Source: Mobula hypostoma
Lineage: Eukaryota
DNA: 64,000 bases
Reading direction: 5' to 3'
Assembly (NCBI RefSeq): GCF_963921235.1
Contig: NC_086101.1
Location: 3,598,001 to 3,662,000, forward strand
Shown one piece after another: positions 25,777 to 38,607 of the stretch. Both the position numbers and the translations under genes were made by a program. The number at the start of each line of letters is the position of its first letter. Position 1 is the first letter of the stretch. The notes under the pieces are model-generated. The model saw only the letters and a list, made by a program, of their open reading frames with translations, was not told the origin of the DNA and searched no databases.

Positions 25777-26546
25777 AAGTGTGAGGTGGTACACTTTGGA
25801 AGGACAAACTCCAAGGCAGAGTACAAAGTAAATGGCAGGATACTTGGTAGTGTGGAGGAGCAGAGGGATCTCGGGGTACATGTCCACAGATCCCTGAAAG
25901 TTGCCTCACAGGTGGATAGGGTAGTTAAGAAAGCTTATGGGGTGTTAGCTTTCATAAGTCGAGGGATAGAGTTTAAGAGTCGTGAGGTAATGATGCAGCT
26001 CTATAAAACTCTGGTCAGGCCACACTTGGAGTATTGTGTGCAGTTCTGGTCACCTCACTATAGGAAGGATGTGGAAGCATTGGAAAGGGTACAGAGGAGA
26101 TTTACCAGGATGCTGCCTGGTTTAGAAAGTATGTATTATGATCAGAGATTAAGGGAGCTAGGGCTTTACTCTTTGGAGAGAAGGAAGATGAGAGGAGACA
26201 TGATAGAGGTGTACAAGATAATAAGAGGAATAGATAGAGTGGATAGCCAGCGCCTCTTCCCCAGGGCACCACTGCTCAATACAAGAGGACATGGCTTTAA
26301 GGTAAGTGGTGGGAAGTTCAAGGGGGATATTAAAGGAAGGTTTTTTGACTCAGAGAGCGGTTGGTGCGTGGAATGCACTGCCTGAGTCAGTGGTGGAGGC
26401 AGATACACTAGTGAAGTTTAAGAGACTACTAGACAGGTATATGGAGGAATCTAAGGTGGGGGCTTATATGGGAGGCAGGGTTTGAGGGTCGGCACAACAT
26501 TGTGGGCCGAAGGGCCTGTACTGTGCTGTACTATTCTACGTTCTAT
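25777..26546 (+). mobile_element. CR1 3' end, third subfamily
   Basis: ORF part KCEVVHFGRTN...RPHLEYCVQFWSP; tail ttctacgttctatg. Confidence 0.9.
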
Positions 26547-26548
26547 GT

Positions 26549-27460
26549 AAGACACAGACACTGAAGTACTCGGGACAGGACTAGGATACAGGGCGATGGC
26601 AAGGACATGGACACGAAAACCGGGAACCCGTTAACAGGACTGGACAAGAGAGCTAGGAGCCCGGGCTTGGACTCCGAGCCAAAGACTGGACAAGGACCCA
26701 GTACCTGAGTGTTGCCTCTGGCTCGGACCCCAGAACTAGGCAATGACGAGGCTTGGCAGGCAGGCAGGACGAGGCTGGAGTCTTCAGGCTTGAAGCTGGA
26801 GGCGAGGGACTTGAGGCGAGTCTTGGGAGGCTGGACGCGGGAGGCTTGAGGTGAGGCTGGAGGCGAGGCTTGGCGGGAGGCTGGAGGTGGGAGATTTGAG
26901 GCAAGGCTTGGCAGGAAGCTGGAGGAAGGAGACTTGTGGAGAGGCTTGGTTGGAGGCAGGAGACTGTAGACTTGTGGCGAGGCTTGGCAGGCTGCTCCTG
27001 GGCAGGGCGCAGTTCACCACCCGACAGAGGCAAGGGACAGAACCAACTGCATGTAACAGCGAGACAGCCTGTCTTACCCGATGGAGGCAAGGGACAGGAT
27101 GGGACAGAACCAACCCCAGGTAACGGCAAGACAGCCTGGTCTACCTGGGCGGAGGCAAGGGACAGGAAGGGACAGAACCAACCGCAGGGTAACGGCAAGA
27201 CGGCCTGGCTTACCTGACGGAGGCGAGGGACAGGAAGGGAGCTAGGTACAGGGTGGCTGCTTCAGGTGAGGAAACAGAAGACAGAGGAAGGGATACAAGG
27301 AGTAAGGACAAGAACAATCCAGCAGCCGCGCCCTGGTCTCTGAAGGTATTTATGCAGCCAGCCCCAACGAGCATCAGCTGCCTCAATTAGAGCTCAACAA
27401 GAACAGAAACAGGGTAGATATGAAAACCTGGAGCAAGGGTCGTTGGACCGGACAGTGAGA
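26549..27460. repeat. G-rich internally repetitive element, possibly LTR-derived
   Basis: Repeats of GAGGCTTGGC(A/G)GG, and about three copies of GGCAAGGGACAG...AACCAAC...GTAAC(G/A)GC(A/G)AGAC. Confidence 0.45.
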
Positions 27461-28247
27461 TTTCCATGATAATGCTAAAGGCCAGTGAGCGGTGGTCACT
27501 GTCCCCCAGATGATCATCCACTGAGAGATCTGTGACCTGACCCGGTTCATTAGCTAATACTAGATCTAGTATGGCATTCCCCCTAGTCGGCCTGTCCACA
27601 TACTGTGACAGGAATCCATTCTGGGCACACTTAACAAACTCTGCCCCATCTAAACCCTTGGAACTAATCAGGTGCCAATCAATATTAGGGAAGTTAAAGT
27701 CACCCATGATAACAACCCTGTTATTTTTGCACCTTTCCAAAATCTGCCTCCCAATCTGCTCCTCTGTATCTCTGCTGCTACCAGGGGGCCTATAGAATAC
27801 CCCCAATAGAGTAACTGCTCCCTTCCTGTTCCTGACTTCCACCCATATTGACTCAAAAGAGGATCCTGCTCTAGATCATTAATATAGAAAACAAACAACA
27901 ATGGTCCCAGCACAGATCCCTGAGGCACACCACTAGTCACAGGCCTCCAGTCTGAGAAGCAATCATCCACTACCACTCTGTCTTCTCCCACACAGCCAAT
28001 TTCAAATCCAGTTTATAACCTCTCCATGGATACCTAGTGTCTGAACCTTCTGAACTAACTTCGCATGTGGGACCTTGTCAAAGGCCTTATTGAAGTCCAT
28101 GTAGACAACATCCACAGTCTTTCCTTCATCTACTTTCTTGGTAACCTCCTCGAAAGAACTCTGCAAGATTCGTTAAAGACCATCTACCACGCAAAAACCC
28201 ATGCTGACTATCCTTAATCAACCCTTGGCTGTCCAAATACTTGTATC
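27461..28247 (-). mobile_element. CR1 fragments (endonuclease 27461-27870; RT 27870-28247)
   Basis: ORF 27387-27842 (FYRPP, MGDFN, ILDLVL, SDH) and ORF 27668-27991 ([10 protein letters not shown]). Confidence 0.85.
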
Positions 28248-28399
28248 GTGATCATAACATGAGAGAATTCATCCTGCAGATTAACAGGAAGGAGATAAAG
28301 TCAGATGTATTGGTATGACAGTGGAGTAAAGGGAATTACAGAGGTATCAGACAGGAGCCGGAGAAAGTTGATTGAAAGGAGACACCTTCAGGGATGATT

Positions 28400-28850
28400 C
28401 AAAGTTCAAAGTAATTTTATTATAGAAGTACATATGTCACCATATACAATCAAGAGATTCATTTTCTTGCGGGCATACTCAGCAAATCCCAGAACCATAA
28501 TAGAAGCAATGAAAGACTGCATTAACAGGGAGGACATCCAGTGTGCAAAAGACAACAAATACAAAAAGAAAGAACAAAAGAGAAATAATACTGATAAATA
28601 TCAAGAACCTGGGAAGAAGAGCCCTTGACGGTGATTCGATTGTGGAAACGGTTCAGTGAGGGGGCAAGTGAAATGGAGTGAAGTTATTCCCTCTGGTTCA
28701 AGAGCCTGATGATTGAGTAGTAATAACTGTCCCTGAACCCCCTGGTGTGAGTCATGAGGCTCCTGTGCCTTCTTCCCGATGGCAGCAGTGAGAAGAGAGC
28801 ATGGCCTGGATGGTGGGTCTCCCTGATGACGGGTTCTGCTTTGTGTTGGA
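28400..28850 (-). mobile_element. Rex1/Babar-like 3' fragment
   Basis: Similar to the 3' region at 6750-7430 (ttcaaagtaa..., gagcctgatg.ttgag, ctcctgt.ccttctt). Confidence 0.55.
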
Positions 28851-28869
28851 TGAAAGCAGATTAGCAATG

Positions 28870-30525
28870 GCTGGAGTTTTTAATGGCAGTTTGGAAGATA
28901 CATTACAAAAATGAAGAAGAATTCGAAAGGGACAATGAGGCAAACATGGCTGAAATAAAAGCAGGAGAGGGCATACAATACAGGAAAAAATTACTGATAA
29001 GTTGGAGCATTGAAATCTTTTAAAAGCCAACAGAAAGCAACTGAAAAAAAGGAATAAGAGAAAATATGACATATGAAAGTTAGCTACCAAATAATATAAA
29101 AGAGGATATCAAAAGATTTTCAGATATTTAAGGAGTAAAACAGAGGTGACAGTCTATGATAAAGCCAGGTGTAGGATAATGCATTTTGATAAAAGGAACA
29201 GTAGTGCAGACTATTATCTAAATGGGAAGAAAATTCAAACATCAGAGGTGCAGAGGGACCTAGTTGTCCTCATGCAAGACTCCCAGAAGGTTAATTTACA
29301 GGTGGAGTCTGTGGTAAAGATGGCAAATGCAATGTTTGTGTAACTTGCGCTTCGGCTAGCAGCTTAATACTGGAGTCCCCGTTTCGGCCAACCTTGAGGA
29401 ATCTTGTTTGGGTGATTACTGCATGATGTGTTCCCCTGTTACAAACCAATACCACCTAATAACAAACAGTACACAATATGTGATTAAACAATTGAGCTTT
29501 ATAATTCTTAATTTGACTCTATGGTTAGTAAAGGAAACAAGGAAAAGAAAAAGGGCCCCTTCTCATGAAACAGTCTAATACGCAAAGTTGGAACTCACTG
29601 ATAAGCCGGTCATCCACCATCGACCTTCTCTGATTGTCGCTAACCTTCGGACCCTCGCTCCAAGTCCAGTCCGTCCGGTGGTCTACCAACTCCCTCCATT
29701 CACGTCTTCTCCCCTAAACTCTCCCAAGCAAAACACCGTGAAAATCCCTCCTCCAGACTCACAAGAAAGAACAACATTTCTCTCAATGGATAGCCCCCGC
29801 ATTCCAAACCCCGATATCTCCAGTCATAACCCAAACATTGCTGCTACAGAGAAACCATTACATCTGCAGCCTGTTACAGCAACCTTACAGCTTGTTACAT
29901 TGGCATTCATTTCAAGGGGAGTAGAATATAAAAACAAGGAGATAATGCTGAGGCTTTATAAGACACTAGTCAGGCTGCACTTGGAGTATTGCCAACAGTT
30001 TAGGGTCTCATATCTCAGAAAAGATATGTTGTCGTTGGAAGAGAGTCCAGAAACTGTTCACGAGGATGATTCCAGGAATGAAAGGGTTAACATATGGGGA
30101 GTGTTTGGCAGTTTTGGGCCTGTACTCACGTGAATTTAGAAGGATGCAGGGGGATCTGATGGAACCTACCAAATGCTGAAAGTACTTAATAGGGTGGATG
30201 TGGAGAGGGTGTTTCCTATGGTGGGACTGTCCAGAACTCGAGGGCACAGCCTCATAACTGAGGGGTGACCCTTTAGAACAGAGGTGAGGAGGATTTTTTT
30301 TTAGCCAGAGAGTAGTGAATCTGTGGAATGCTCTGCCACAGAGAGCTGTGGAGGACAAGACAGTGGGTAAATTTAAAGTGAAAACTGATAGTTTTCTGAT
30401 TGGTCGGTTTATGGAGAGAAGGCAGATATAGTGGGTTTGGGTGGAATCTGGGATAAGCCATGATAGAATACTCGATGGGCTGAATGGCCTAATTCTGCTC
30501 CTATATCTTATGGTCCTATGGTCTA
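28870..30525 (+). mobile_element. Older CR1 fragments (host of the LTR at 29339)
   Basis: ORF 29146-29343 and LAFISRGVEYK...LRLYKTLVRLHLEYC at 29900-30130; CR1 tail near 30510. Confidence 0.8.
29339..29899 (-). mobile_element. Solo LTR (561 bp)
   Basis: TGTAAC...GTTACA termini, TSD TTTG/TTGG (1 mismatch), interrupts CR1 coding sequence. Shares aataacaaaca.tacac.atat..gattaaa with the LTR at 18586. Confidence 0.75.
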
Positions 30526-30602
30526 TTCATTACTCATTATCTTCCATACCCATGTCTCTAAGAACACACTGAGGGCCTCTCCCATCTCCTGTGGCTCCAG
30601 GT

Positions 30603-30880
30603 GCAGTGGCACGGTAGCGTAGTGGTTAGCACAACGCTTCACAGTACAGGTGACAAGAGTTCAATTCCCACAGCTGCCTGCACGGGAGTTTGTACATTCT
30701 CCCTGGACCGTGTGGGTTTCCTCCGTGTGCTCTGGTTTCCTCCCACAGTCCAGAGATGTAACGGTCGGTAGGTCATTGTAAATTGTCCCATGATGCGTCT
30801 AGGATTAAATCAGGGGATTGCTGGGTGGTGTGGTTCGAAGGGCTAGAAGGGCCGATTCCCCTCTGTATCTCAATAAATTT
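30603..30880 (+). mobile_element. tRNA-derived SINE (V-SINE/HE1-like)
   Basis: A box TAGCGTAGTGG, B box GAGTTCAATTCC, central GGGTTTCCTCCG.GTGCTC.GGTTTCCTCCCAC domain and AATAAA end. Further fragments at ~1680 and ~38130-38270. Confidence 0.8.
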
Positions 30881-32314
30881 ATCATTAATGATGGAAACCC
30901 TGCATCAGGACAGAGAGTGGAGTGTGTGGGTGATCAGGGGCTGAGAGGGGAATGGGTTTGTGGGAAGGGGGACAAAGATCCCTTATAAATCATTCCCCTC
31001 TCACCTTAAGTCTACACCCTCTGGTTCTGGACACATCATTCTGGGAAACGTCACGTTATCTATGCCCCATATCATTTTATATTCTTTGCCCAGGGGTCAC
31101 CCCTGCACTCCAGGGAAATAGCCAAAGTATATCCAGTCTGTCATTTTAAGCCAAGCCCTCCAGTCCTGGTAACATCCTCCTGAAGCTTCCTGTCCAGTGT
31201 AATGACATCCATCCCACAGTCCGGCAACCAGGAATGCACACAGTACTCAGAGTGTGGTCTACCATCGATGTCAACGGCCTTGGTGAAGATCATGGGGACA
31301 ATGTCAATCACCCTGTCCTGGTCAATCCTTTCTGTCACCTGTTCAAATATCTCAGTCAAATTTGTGAGACGTGATTTCCCGAGCACGTCGTCGTCCTCAC
31401 CTTTCCAAATGCTGCTCGATCCTGTCCTCAGAAACTTTCCAACCACTGATGTTACACTCAGTGTCCTGGATTTCCCTGGAATCATCTTCCAGCCCTGTTA
31501 ATGAAATGGACAACCTCAGCCGCTTTCCAATCATCTGGAACGTCAGCAGTGGCTAAATGTGAAGCAAATAAATCTGCCAGGGTCCCTGTAATTTCATCCA
31601 CTATCCTAATGAGGGTCTGAGGGGGTTGGAGTTACAGAAAGAGGAAAAGGGACCCTCACAACCCATCTTCATCCCCCAACTCTTTCGAGTTCCCCTACAC
31701 ACACAGTTCACCCACCGGCTTTCCACCCCTCCCCCCTCATGAACCTTTACCCCTCCTCAGTCCACAGTCACCTCAGACTCCTGTCTCATCACTCCCCTTC
31801 TCCTCTCTATACCAGCCATCACCCTCTCCACTCTCAGTCCTGATTTTGACACGAAACGTCGACACTCCCTTTCCTCGACTGGTGCTGCTCGACCCACTGA
31901 GTTCCCGCAGCTGATTGTGTCAGCAGATAGAGGTGCAGTTAGAGAAAATTTTTGAAAGATTGAGGAATTGAAGTTTTGGCAAACTGGGATGAGAAATTGA
32001 TGCTGGCATCGATCAGTCACTGTCACATTGAATGAAGGGCCAGTTCCTGTGTTGTACTGCTCTATGTTCTCTGTTCCCTGTGTAGAAGAATGAGAGGAGA
32101 TCTCAGGGAAACACAAAACTCTTCCCAGGCTCAACAGGCACGATGCACGGAGGATGTTTCCCTGGTCTGAAGAGCAAGGGTCAGGGGTCACTATCTCAGG
32201 ATGGCGTGAACCCGCCGAGGATGGTGTATCTTTGGAATTCTCTGCACCAGAGGGTTGTGGGATCTCAGTCATTCAGTTCAACCTCTCACTGCTCAATACA
32301 CTCACCCCTCAGAT

Positions 32315-33050
32315 AAGACCATATGATCATCAGACACAGGAGCAGAATTAGGCCATTCGGCCCATCGTCTGCACTATTTCATCATGCTGATCCAATTTTC
32401 CTCTCAGACCCACTCTCCTGCCTTCTCCCCATATCCTTTAGTGCCCTGACCAATCAAGGATCTATCAAGACAACACACACAAAATGCTGGAGGAACTCAG
32501 CAGGCCAGGCAGCATCTATGGAAAAAAGTACAGTCGGTGTTTTGGGCCGAGACCCTTCAGCAGGATCTATCAACCTCTGCCTTAAATATACATAAAGACT
32601 TGGCCTACACAGCATGCTGTGGCAAAGAATTCCACAGATTCACCACTCTCTGAGTAAAGAAATTCCTCCTGATCTCCATTCTAAAAGGACACCCCTCTAT
32701 TCTGAGGCTGTGTCCTCTGGTGTTAGACTCTCCCACCATAGCAAACATCCTCTCCACATCCACTTTAACCATTCGACAGGTTTCAATCAGATCTCTCATC
32801 ATTCTTCTGAATTCTATTGAGCCATCAAACACTCTTCCTATGACAAGCCATTCAATTCTGGAATTATTTTTGTGAAATCCCTTTTGAACACTCTCCAGTT
32901 TCAGCACATCCTTTCTAAGATAATGAACCTAAACCTGTTCACAATACTTCAAGTGAGGTCCCACCAGTGCTTTATAAATTTTAACATTACATCCTTACTT
33001 TACAAAGACATCTAAGTCCCTTTGCACCTCAGTTTTCTGTATTTTCTCTC
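32315..33050 (-). mobile_element. CR1 3' fragment (contains a PLE mini-insert)
   Basis: ORF 32605-32907 reads TRGHSLRI...FFTQRVVNLWNSLP. Confidence 0.8.
32469..32561 (-). mobile_element. Short Penelope terminal-repeat insertion
   Basis: acacaaaatgctggaggaactcagcaggccaggcagcatc...gagacccttcagc, flanked by duplicated AGGATCTATCAA (32457-32468, 32562-32573). Confidence 0.7.
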
Positions 33051-33351
33051 GATGAGAATCAGAGAGAGACGGGGTGAGTGGTTTTCTTTATAGGTCAGAA
33101 TACTGAGTACAGGAGCTGGGACTTCCTGTTACGAGTGTACAAGACCTTGGTGCTGCCACATTTGGAGCAGTGTATACTGTTCTGGTTACCTTGCAACAGG
33201 AGGGATGTCATTCAACTGGAGAGGGTGCAAAACAGGTTTACAAGGATGTGACTGGGACTGGAGAGCTTGGGTTAAGAGCAGAGGCAGGACAGGCTGGGAC
33301 TTTCTCCCTGAAGCCGAGGAGGCTGTAGAGGTGGGAGCTGTTTTAAAATGC

Positions 33352-34578
33352 ATAGAAAAAAACCATAGAAACCTTAGAAACTACAGCACAGAAACAGGCC
33401 TTTTGGCCCTTCTTGGCATTTTCTGCCTAGTCCCACTGACCTGCACACGGACCATATCCCTCCATACACCTCCCATCCATGTATCTGTCCAATTTATTCT
33501 TAAATGTTAAAAAAGAACCCACATTTACCACCTCATCTGGCAGCTCATTCCATACTCCCACCACTCTCTGTGTGAAGAAGCACCCCCTAATGTTCCCTTT
33601 AAACTTTTCCCCCCTCACCCTTAACCCATGTCCTCTGGATTTTTTTCTCCCCTTGCCTCAGTGGAAAAAGCCTGCTTGCATTCACTCTATCTATACCCAT
33701 CATAATTTTATATACCTCTATCAAATCTCCCCTCATTCTTCTACGCTCCAGGGAATAAAGTCCTAACCTATTCAACCTTTCTCTGTAACTGAGTTTCTCA
33801 AGTCCCGGCAACATCCTTGTAAACTTTCTCTGCACTCTTTCAACCTTATTTATATCCTTCCTGTAATTTGGTGACCAAAACTGAACACAATACTCCAGAT
33901 TCGGCCTCACCAATGCCTTATACAACCTCATCATAACATTCCAGCTCTTATACTCAATACTTCGATTAATAAAGGCCAATGTACCAAAAGCTCTCTTTAC
34001 GACCCTATCTACCTGTGATGACACTTTTAGGGAATTTTGTATCTGTATTCCCAGATCCCTCTGTTCTACTGCACTCCTCAGTGCCTTACCATTAACCCTG
34101 TATGTTCTACCTTGGTTTGTCCTTCCAACATGCAATACGTCACACTTGTCTGTATTAAACTCCATCTGCCATTTTTCAGTCCATTTTTCCAGCCGGTCCA
34201 AGTCCCTCTGCAGGCTCTGAAAACCTTCCTCACTCTCTACTACACCTCCAATCTTTGTATCATCAGCAAATTTGCTGATCCAATTTACCACATTATCATC
34301 CAGATCATTGATATAGATGACAAATAACAATGGACCCAGCACTGATCCCTGTGGCACACCACTAGTTACAGGCCTCCAGTCAGAGAAGCAATTCTCTACC
34401 ACCACTCTCTGGCTTCTTCCATTGAGCCAATGTATAATCCAATTTACCACCTCTCCATGTATACCTAGCGACTGAATTTTCCTAACTAACCTCCCATGTG
34501 GGACCTTGCCAAAGGCCTTACTGAAGTCCATGTGGACAATATCCACTGCCTTCCCTTCATCCACTTTCCTGGTAACAT
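33352..34578 (-). mobile_element. Young CR1 subfamily B
   Basis: ORF 33599-34564 (MDFSKAF, FADDTK); near-identical to 18781-20661. Confidence 0.95.
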
Positions 34579-34930
34579 CTTGTCAGGTACCTGGATAAGA
34601 AAGGTGTGAAGGTAAATGGGAAAATGCAACTAGGTGTTTAAAGCAAGTTGGGCTGAAGAGCTTCTCTGACCGTCTCTTTAAATCCCTGCAGTATTCACTT
34701 TGTGTGTGTTGTTCGGGGAAAACTTCGTTCTCCATCCCGGAGGAGAAACCTCGGGAAGATGTTGGTTGTCCATCCGCTGTGTTTCGGTAAAATCTCGGGA
34801 AAGAGTCCTGTCGGCCACCCGACTGTGCCTGAGGCCCAGCGGCCTCTCCCCCGGACCCGTCCCGGGGCGGCGCTGCCCGAGTCTCCCCCCGATCCCCGGG
34901 GACTCTCTAATTCTCTGCTTCTCCCCCCAG

Positions 34931-35463
34931 TCTCTGTCACCCTGGATGTGGAAACGGCGCATCCGCGGCTCGAGGTGTCTGAGGATCGGAAGAGTGTGAG
35001 ATGGACCGGGACCCGGAGGGATCTCCCTGACACCGGGAAGAGGTTCACAGTCTGGCGTTGTGTGCTGGGATCGGAGGGATTCACATCGGGGAGACATTAC
35101 TGGGAGGTGGAGGTGACGGGGAATCGGCGCTGGGGTCTGGGAGTCGCCGCAGAGTCTGTGGAGAGGAAGAGACGGGTCAGACTGAGTCCGGAGACCGGAT
35201 GCTGGACCATCGGGCGGGTTAATGACGAGATGAGGGTTCTCACCTCCCCTGAGTCCCGTCTCCCTGCCGGTCCCATCCCCGGGAGGGTGGGAGTTTATCT
35301 CCGTTACCAGTCCGGGACAGTTTCATTTTACAACGCGGAGACCAAGTCCCATCTCCACACCTTCACTGGAAATAAATTCACGGGGAAACTTTATCCTTTC
35401 TTCTGGATTTGGGATAAAAACGAGTGTCTGAGAATCTGCTCCGGTTCCGCTCCGGGTCTGTAA
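34931..35463 (+). CDS. TRIM exon 6: intact PRY-SPRY (B30.2) domain
   Basis: Polypyrimidine tract ctccccccag|VTLDVETAHPRLEVSEDRKSV...CVLGSEGFTSGRHYWEVEV...WGLGVA...RVGVYL...VSFYNAETKSHLHTF...LYPFF, ending in TAA. Confidence 0.95.
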
Positions 35464-35528
35464 ACGGGTCGGATCCCGGGACCGGCGTCAGGAGTAAGTC
35501 AGTGTAAATATAAATGTGCGGAGAGTGA

Positions 35529-35534
35529 AATAAA
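35529..35534 (+). terminator. Candidate poly(A) signal of the TRIM gene
   Basis: AATAAA about 65 nt after the stop codon. Confidence 0.45.
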
Positions 35535-36117
35535 CACGAGTTGAGAATTATCGAGCCATTAATTTTAACTCGTTCACCGCATCCGTCAACGGGACAGAAA
35601 CACCGCGGATTGTGCTGCCCTCCGGCCAGAGAGGGAACCATCTCTGGCTTCTCCTGCTAAGCCAGTGTTGATCCAATTTCTTACTTCATCCTGAATGACT
35701 TCTAATTAAACTGTGGATCTCATTATCCCGTTGGCCCTTGTTTCTCCATCTGAATTCAGCCTCCAGTACCTCACTGACGTCTTATTGCTACCATATTCCA
35801 TCTCTATAAAGCAACTTTCAAATACTTCCTTGCAATACTTATAATTTCTTTGGGCCAAACGTTTTTCATTGCAGTCTCTCGTCAATCAGGGCGTTGAGTA
35901 CAAGCCAAGGTTACACATCAGCTAACAGATAATGCACAATCAAAACTCCGCCAACAAGGAACTTTGGAAAACCTGTAAGATGAATCACCCTCTCCGGTCG
36001 GTTCAGCCATAAAGTTCGAACATTCATAGTAAATTTATTATCAAAGTCTGTCTGTGTCACCAAATTCTATCCTGACCTGAGATTTATTTTTTGCGGACGT
36101 TCACTGTAAGTGCACAG

Positions 36118-36980
36118 TGTTACGTACCCCGTAACTGGGTTGCCAAACCAGCAGAAATGGATCACTCAGTTGGAGTCTGGAGTACTAGAACTAAGAAAGT
36201 TTTATTAAAGAAATAAGCAACACAGTAATCGAAAGGATAACAAATGCAACAGTTCAGCAATGATAAACACACATGTGCACAGAATTAAGACAACAGCATC
36301 AATCAAGCTCATCGTTGTCCAGGGGTAAATGACCAAATTTCAAAGTGACTCAAAGTTCAGTCCAGTTTAGTAGTTCAGTTCGCAGTAATCGTTGCCATGG
36401 CGATGGACAACGTGGAGGGAGAGAGAGAGAGAACAGGAACAACTGATCATTCAGACACGGCTTCACTCACAGACCGGCGAGATGGCTCACAAGCAACTTT
36501 TGGGCGGGTCCTTGGTGATGTCACCTGAGGTCACCGACTGTGACCCCTCCTCCAGATGCGGTCGATCCTCTGCAGTGAACCCGGCACCCAGGCAAGGGGG
36601 AACACACACCGGGTTCCCGCTGATCGTACTTTTCCACCCTGGCCGTTGTCTGGTACTTTCCACCGACTCGTGAGAGGCGTACCGCTTCCAGGGTCTCGTT
36701 ACCTAGGGTGGCGTGTGTGACCTGCCTTAGCAAACCGGTCCCTTTTTATCCCCCTGCTGGGGTATCGCCTGTCCATCACTTCAAACAGTTCCAGGTTCAA
36801 AAGGGGGGAGCCGCTCCAGACAGCTCTCTCTCCCCCGTCCATTCATTACACATCTCCAGACGCTGCTCCATTGTTCCTTATCTCTCCTTCCCCTGGGGAC
36901 AGGTGGCAGACCACTTGCTGATGTCACTGATGCTAACCCAGGCCAGCAAACATCTTAATTTTATGTGTATTCTCGTCACA
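36118..36980 (-). mobile_element. Solo LTR (863 bp)
   Basis: TGTTACG...CGTCACA termini with perfect TSD ACAG (36114-36117, 36981-36984); TTTATT near the left end. Confidence 0.85.
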
Positions 36981-37027
36981 ACAGAAACACAATAGAATCA
37001 AAATCCACGCAAAGACTGGTAAAGAAG

Positions 37028-37812
37028 ATTCAAGATTCAAGATTCAAAAAACTTTATTGTCATTCTAACCGTACATCAGCTCTGCAGGGCAGAATGAGAC
37101 AGCGTTTCCCAGGAGCAGTGCAATCATAACATAACAAACGCAACACTAAATAATAAACATAACAATAAATAGTAAAACACAACAGCCACATGTCAGTTAA
37201 AATCAAGTTACAAGTGTCCAGTGCAAGTTAAAAGTGTCCAAAGCAGAGTCAGGTAGAGCAGCTATTTAGCAGTCGGACTGCCTGTGGGAGGAAGCTGTTT
37301 AGTAGCCTTGTGGTTTTAATTTTGATGCTCCTGTAACGTTTGCCTGATGGCAGAAGAACAAACAGTTCATGGAGAGGGTGTGAGGGGTCTTTAATGATGT
37401 ACCGTGTCTTCTGGAGGCATCGACTCTGAAAGGGGTCTTGGACAGAAGGTAGGGAGACCCCAATAACCTTCTCTGCTCCCCTAACCACCCTCTGCAAGGC
37501 TTTTTTGTCGACAGCACTGCAGCTGGAGTACCAAGTTGTGATGCAAAAGGTCAGCACACTCTCAACCACGCCTCTGTAGAATGTAGTTAAGATGTTGGTG
37601 GGGAGTGATGCTTGTTTAAGCTTCCTCAGAAAGTGCAATTTCTGCTGGGCCCGTTTCACAATCCCAGTGGTGTTCCTGGACCAGGTGAGATTGTCCGAGA
37701 TCTGCACCCCGAGGAACTTGATGTTTTCCACTCTCTCCACTGTGGAGCCGCTGATGCTGAGGGGTGTGTGCTCAGGCTGAGACCGTCTGAAATCGACGAT
37801 CATCTCCTTACA
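37028..37812 (-). mobile_element. Young Rex1/Babar-like LINE 3' end
   Basis: Intact ORF 37249-37803 (MIVDFRR, KFLGVQISDNLTW, KRAQQKLHFLRKL, HPLHELF.LLPSGKR); (TTGAATC)n tail after AATAAA on -. Confidence 0.9.
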
Positions 37813-37996
37813 TTGTGAAAATAATAAGTGAATAAATAAATAATCCTGACAGCATGAGGTGTGGACTCATTGAAAGTGTGTCCAGAGGTTGTGGAATCGG
37901 TTCAGCGCCGAGGTGAGTTCATTCCATTGCCGTTTGTAACCAGACGGTGGCGACGGTGAGCGGCCTGAAGATCTGTGCAGATTCACGGTGCAGGAT

Positions 37997-38027
37997 CGCC
38001 ACCTGCTGCCGGACACCGGTACTGCAG
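37997..38027 (-). promoter_or_regulatory. Candidate CTCF site with upstream (U) module
   Basis: Reverse strand reads CTGCAGTACC-GGTGTC-CGGCAGCAGGTGGCG. Confidence 0.5.
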
Positions 38028-38607
38028 GAAGAGTCGGAACAAAATGTTGCAGGTCAGAGAAAGTGCAGAGTGACGGTGGAAAAGGGATTCGCGTAGATTG
38101 TGTGAACATTTATGGTAGTTGGGCGCGGCAACCTGGCGGTAGTGCAATCAGTTTACAGCGCCGGCGATTATTGATCAGAGTTCAATTCCCGCGTTGTCTG
38201 TAAGCTATCCTTCCCGTTACCGTGGGGAGTTCCTCTGTGTGCACCGGGATCCTCCCATATTCCAACCACGGATGAGAGACAAGCTCTGTTGTGGCCGACT
38301 GCAGATTTTTTAGCGGCTCTCAGGGGACTGGGGCCTCAAGCTGTGAGGTCGATTGCTTTCAGTCGCTGGAGGGGAGGCGTTCGAGCCATCGCTCTCTACC
38401 GGGGCCGGCGCAGCGCATTTGTGGCGACTGAAGATTTAAAATGGACTGAGGAGGCTAGACTATATAAACATATATTTGTCTGCTTGTGTTTTTCCTGATA
38501 TCTCATATGTGCTTGCATATGCGAGAACTGGGTCTCAAAGCCACGGATTCGTCCAGCAGGAGTCGGGCTTCGGGCGAAGGCTGAGGCCAGGTGACAGATG
38601 ATATGCA

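Larger units (their letters stand above)
17348..35463 (+). pseudogene. TRIM (RING-B-box-coiled coil-B30.2/PRY-SPRY) gene, TRIM39/RFP/A33-like, six coding exons, probably disabled
   Basis: Exons 17348-17758, 17832-17927 (96 nt), 23833-24061, 25006-25028 (23 nt), 25124-25240 and 34931-35463, matching the canonical TRIM-B30.2 exon pattern. Lesions: TAG 17627-17629, frameshift ~23929, donor GT>CT at 24062, frameshift/TAA 25233-25235. Confidence 0.88.

Noticed and set aside
26750..27240. CRISPR-like array
   Set aside because: Eukaryotic context; the repeats are degenerate and lack unique, equal-length spacers.
30603..30680. tRNA gene
   Set aside because: The A/B boxes continue into a SINE body and there is no cloverleaf.
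31830..31915. Additional hammerhead (CAGTCCTGAT...GAAACGTCGAC)
   Set aside because: The core GA and stem II are lost; it is a decayed terminal repeat.
34702..34930. N-terminal part of the 253-aa ORF as normal TRIM coding sequence
   Set aside because: It precedes a clear polypyrimidine/AG acceptor at 34930, so it is most simply intron read-through; kept only as a hypothesis in the findings.
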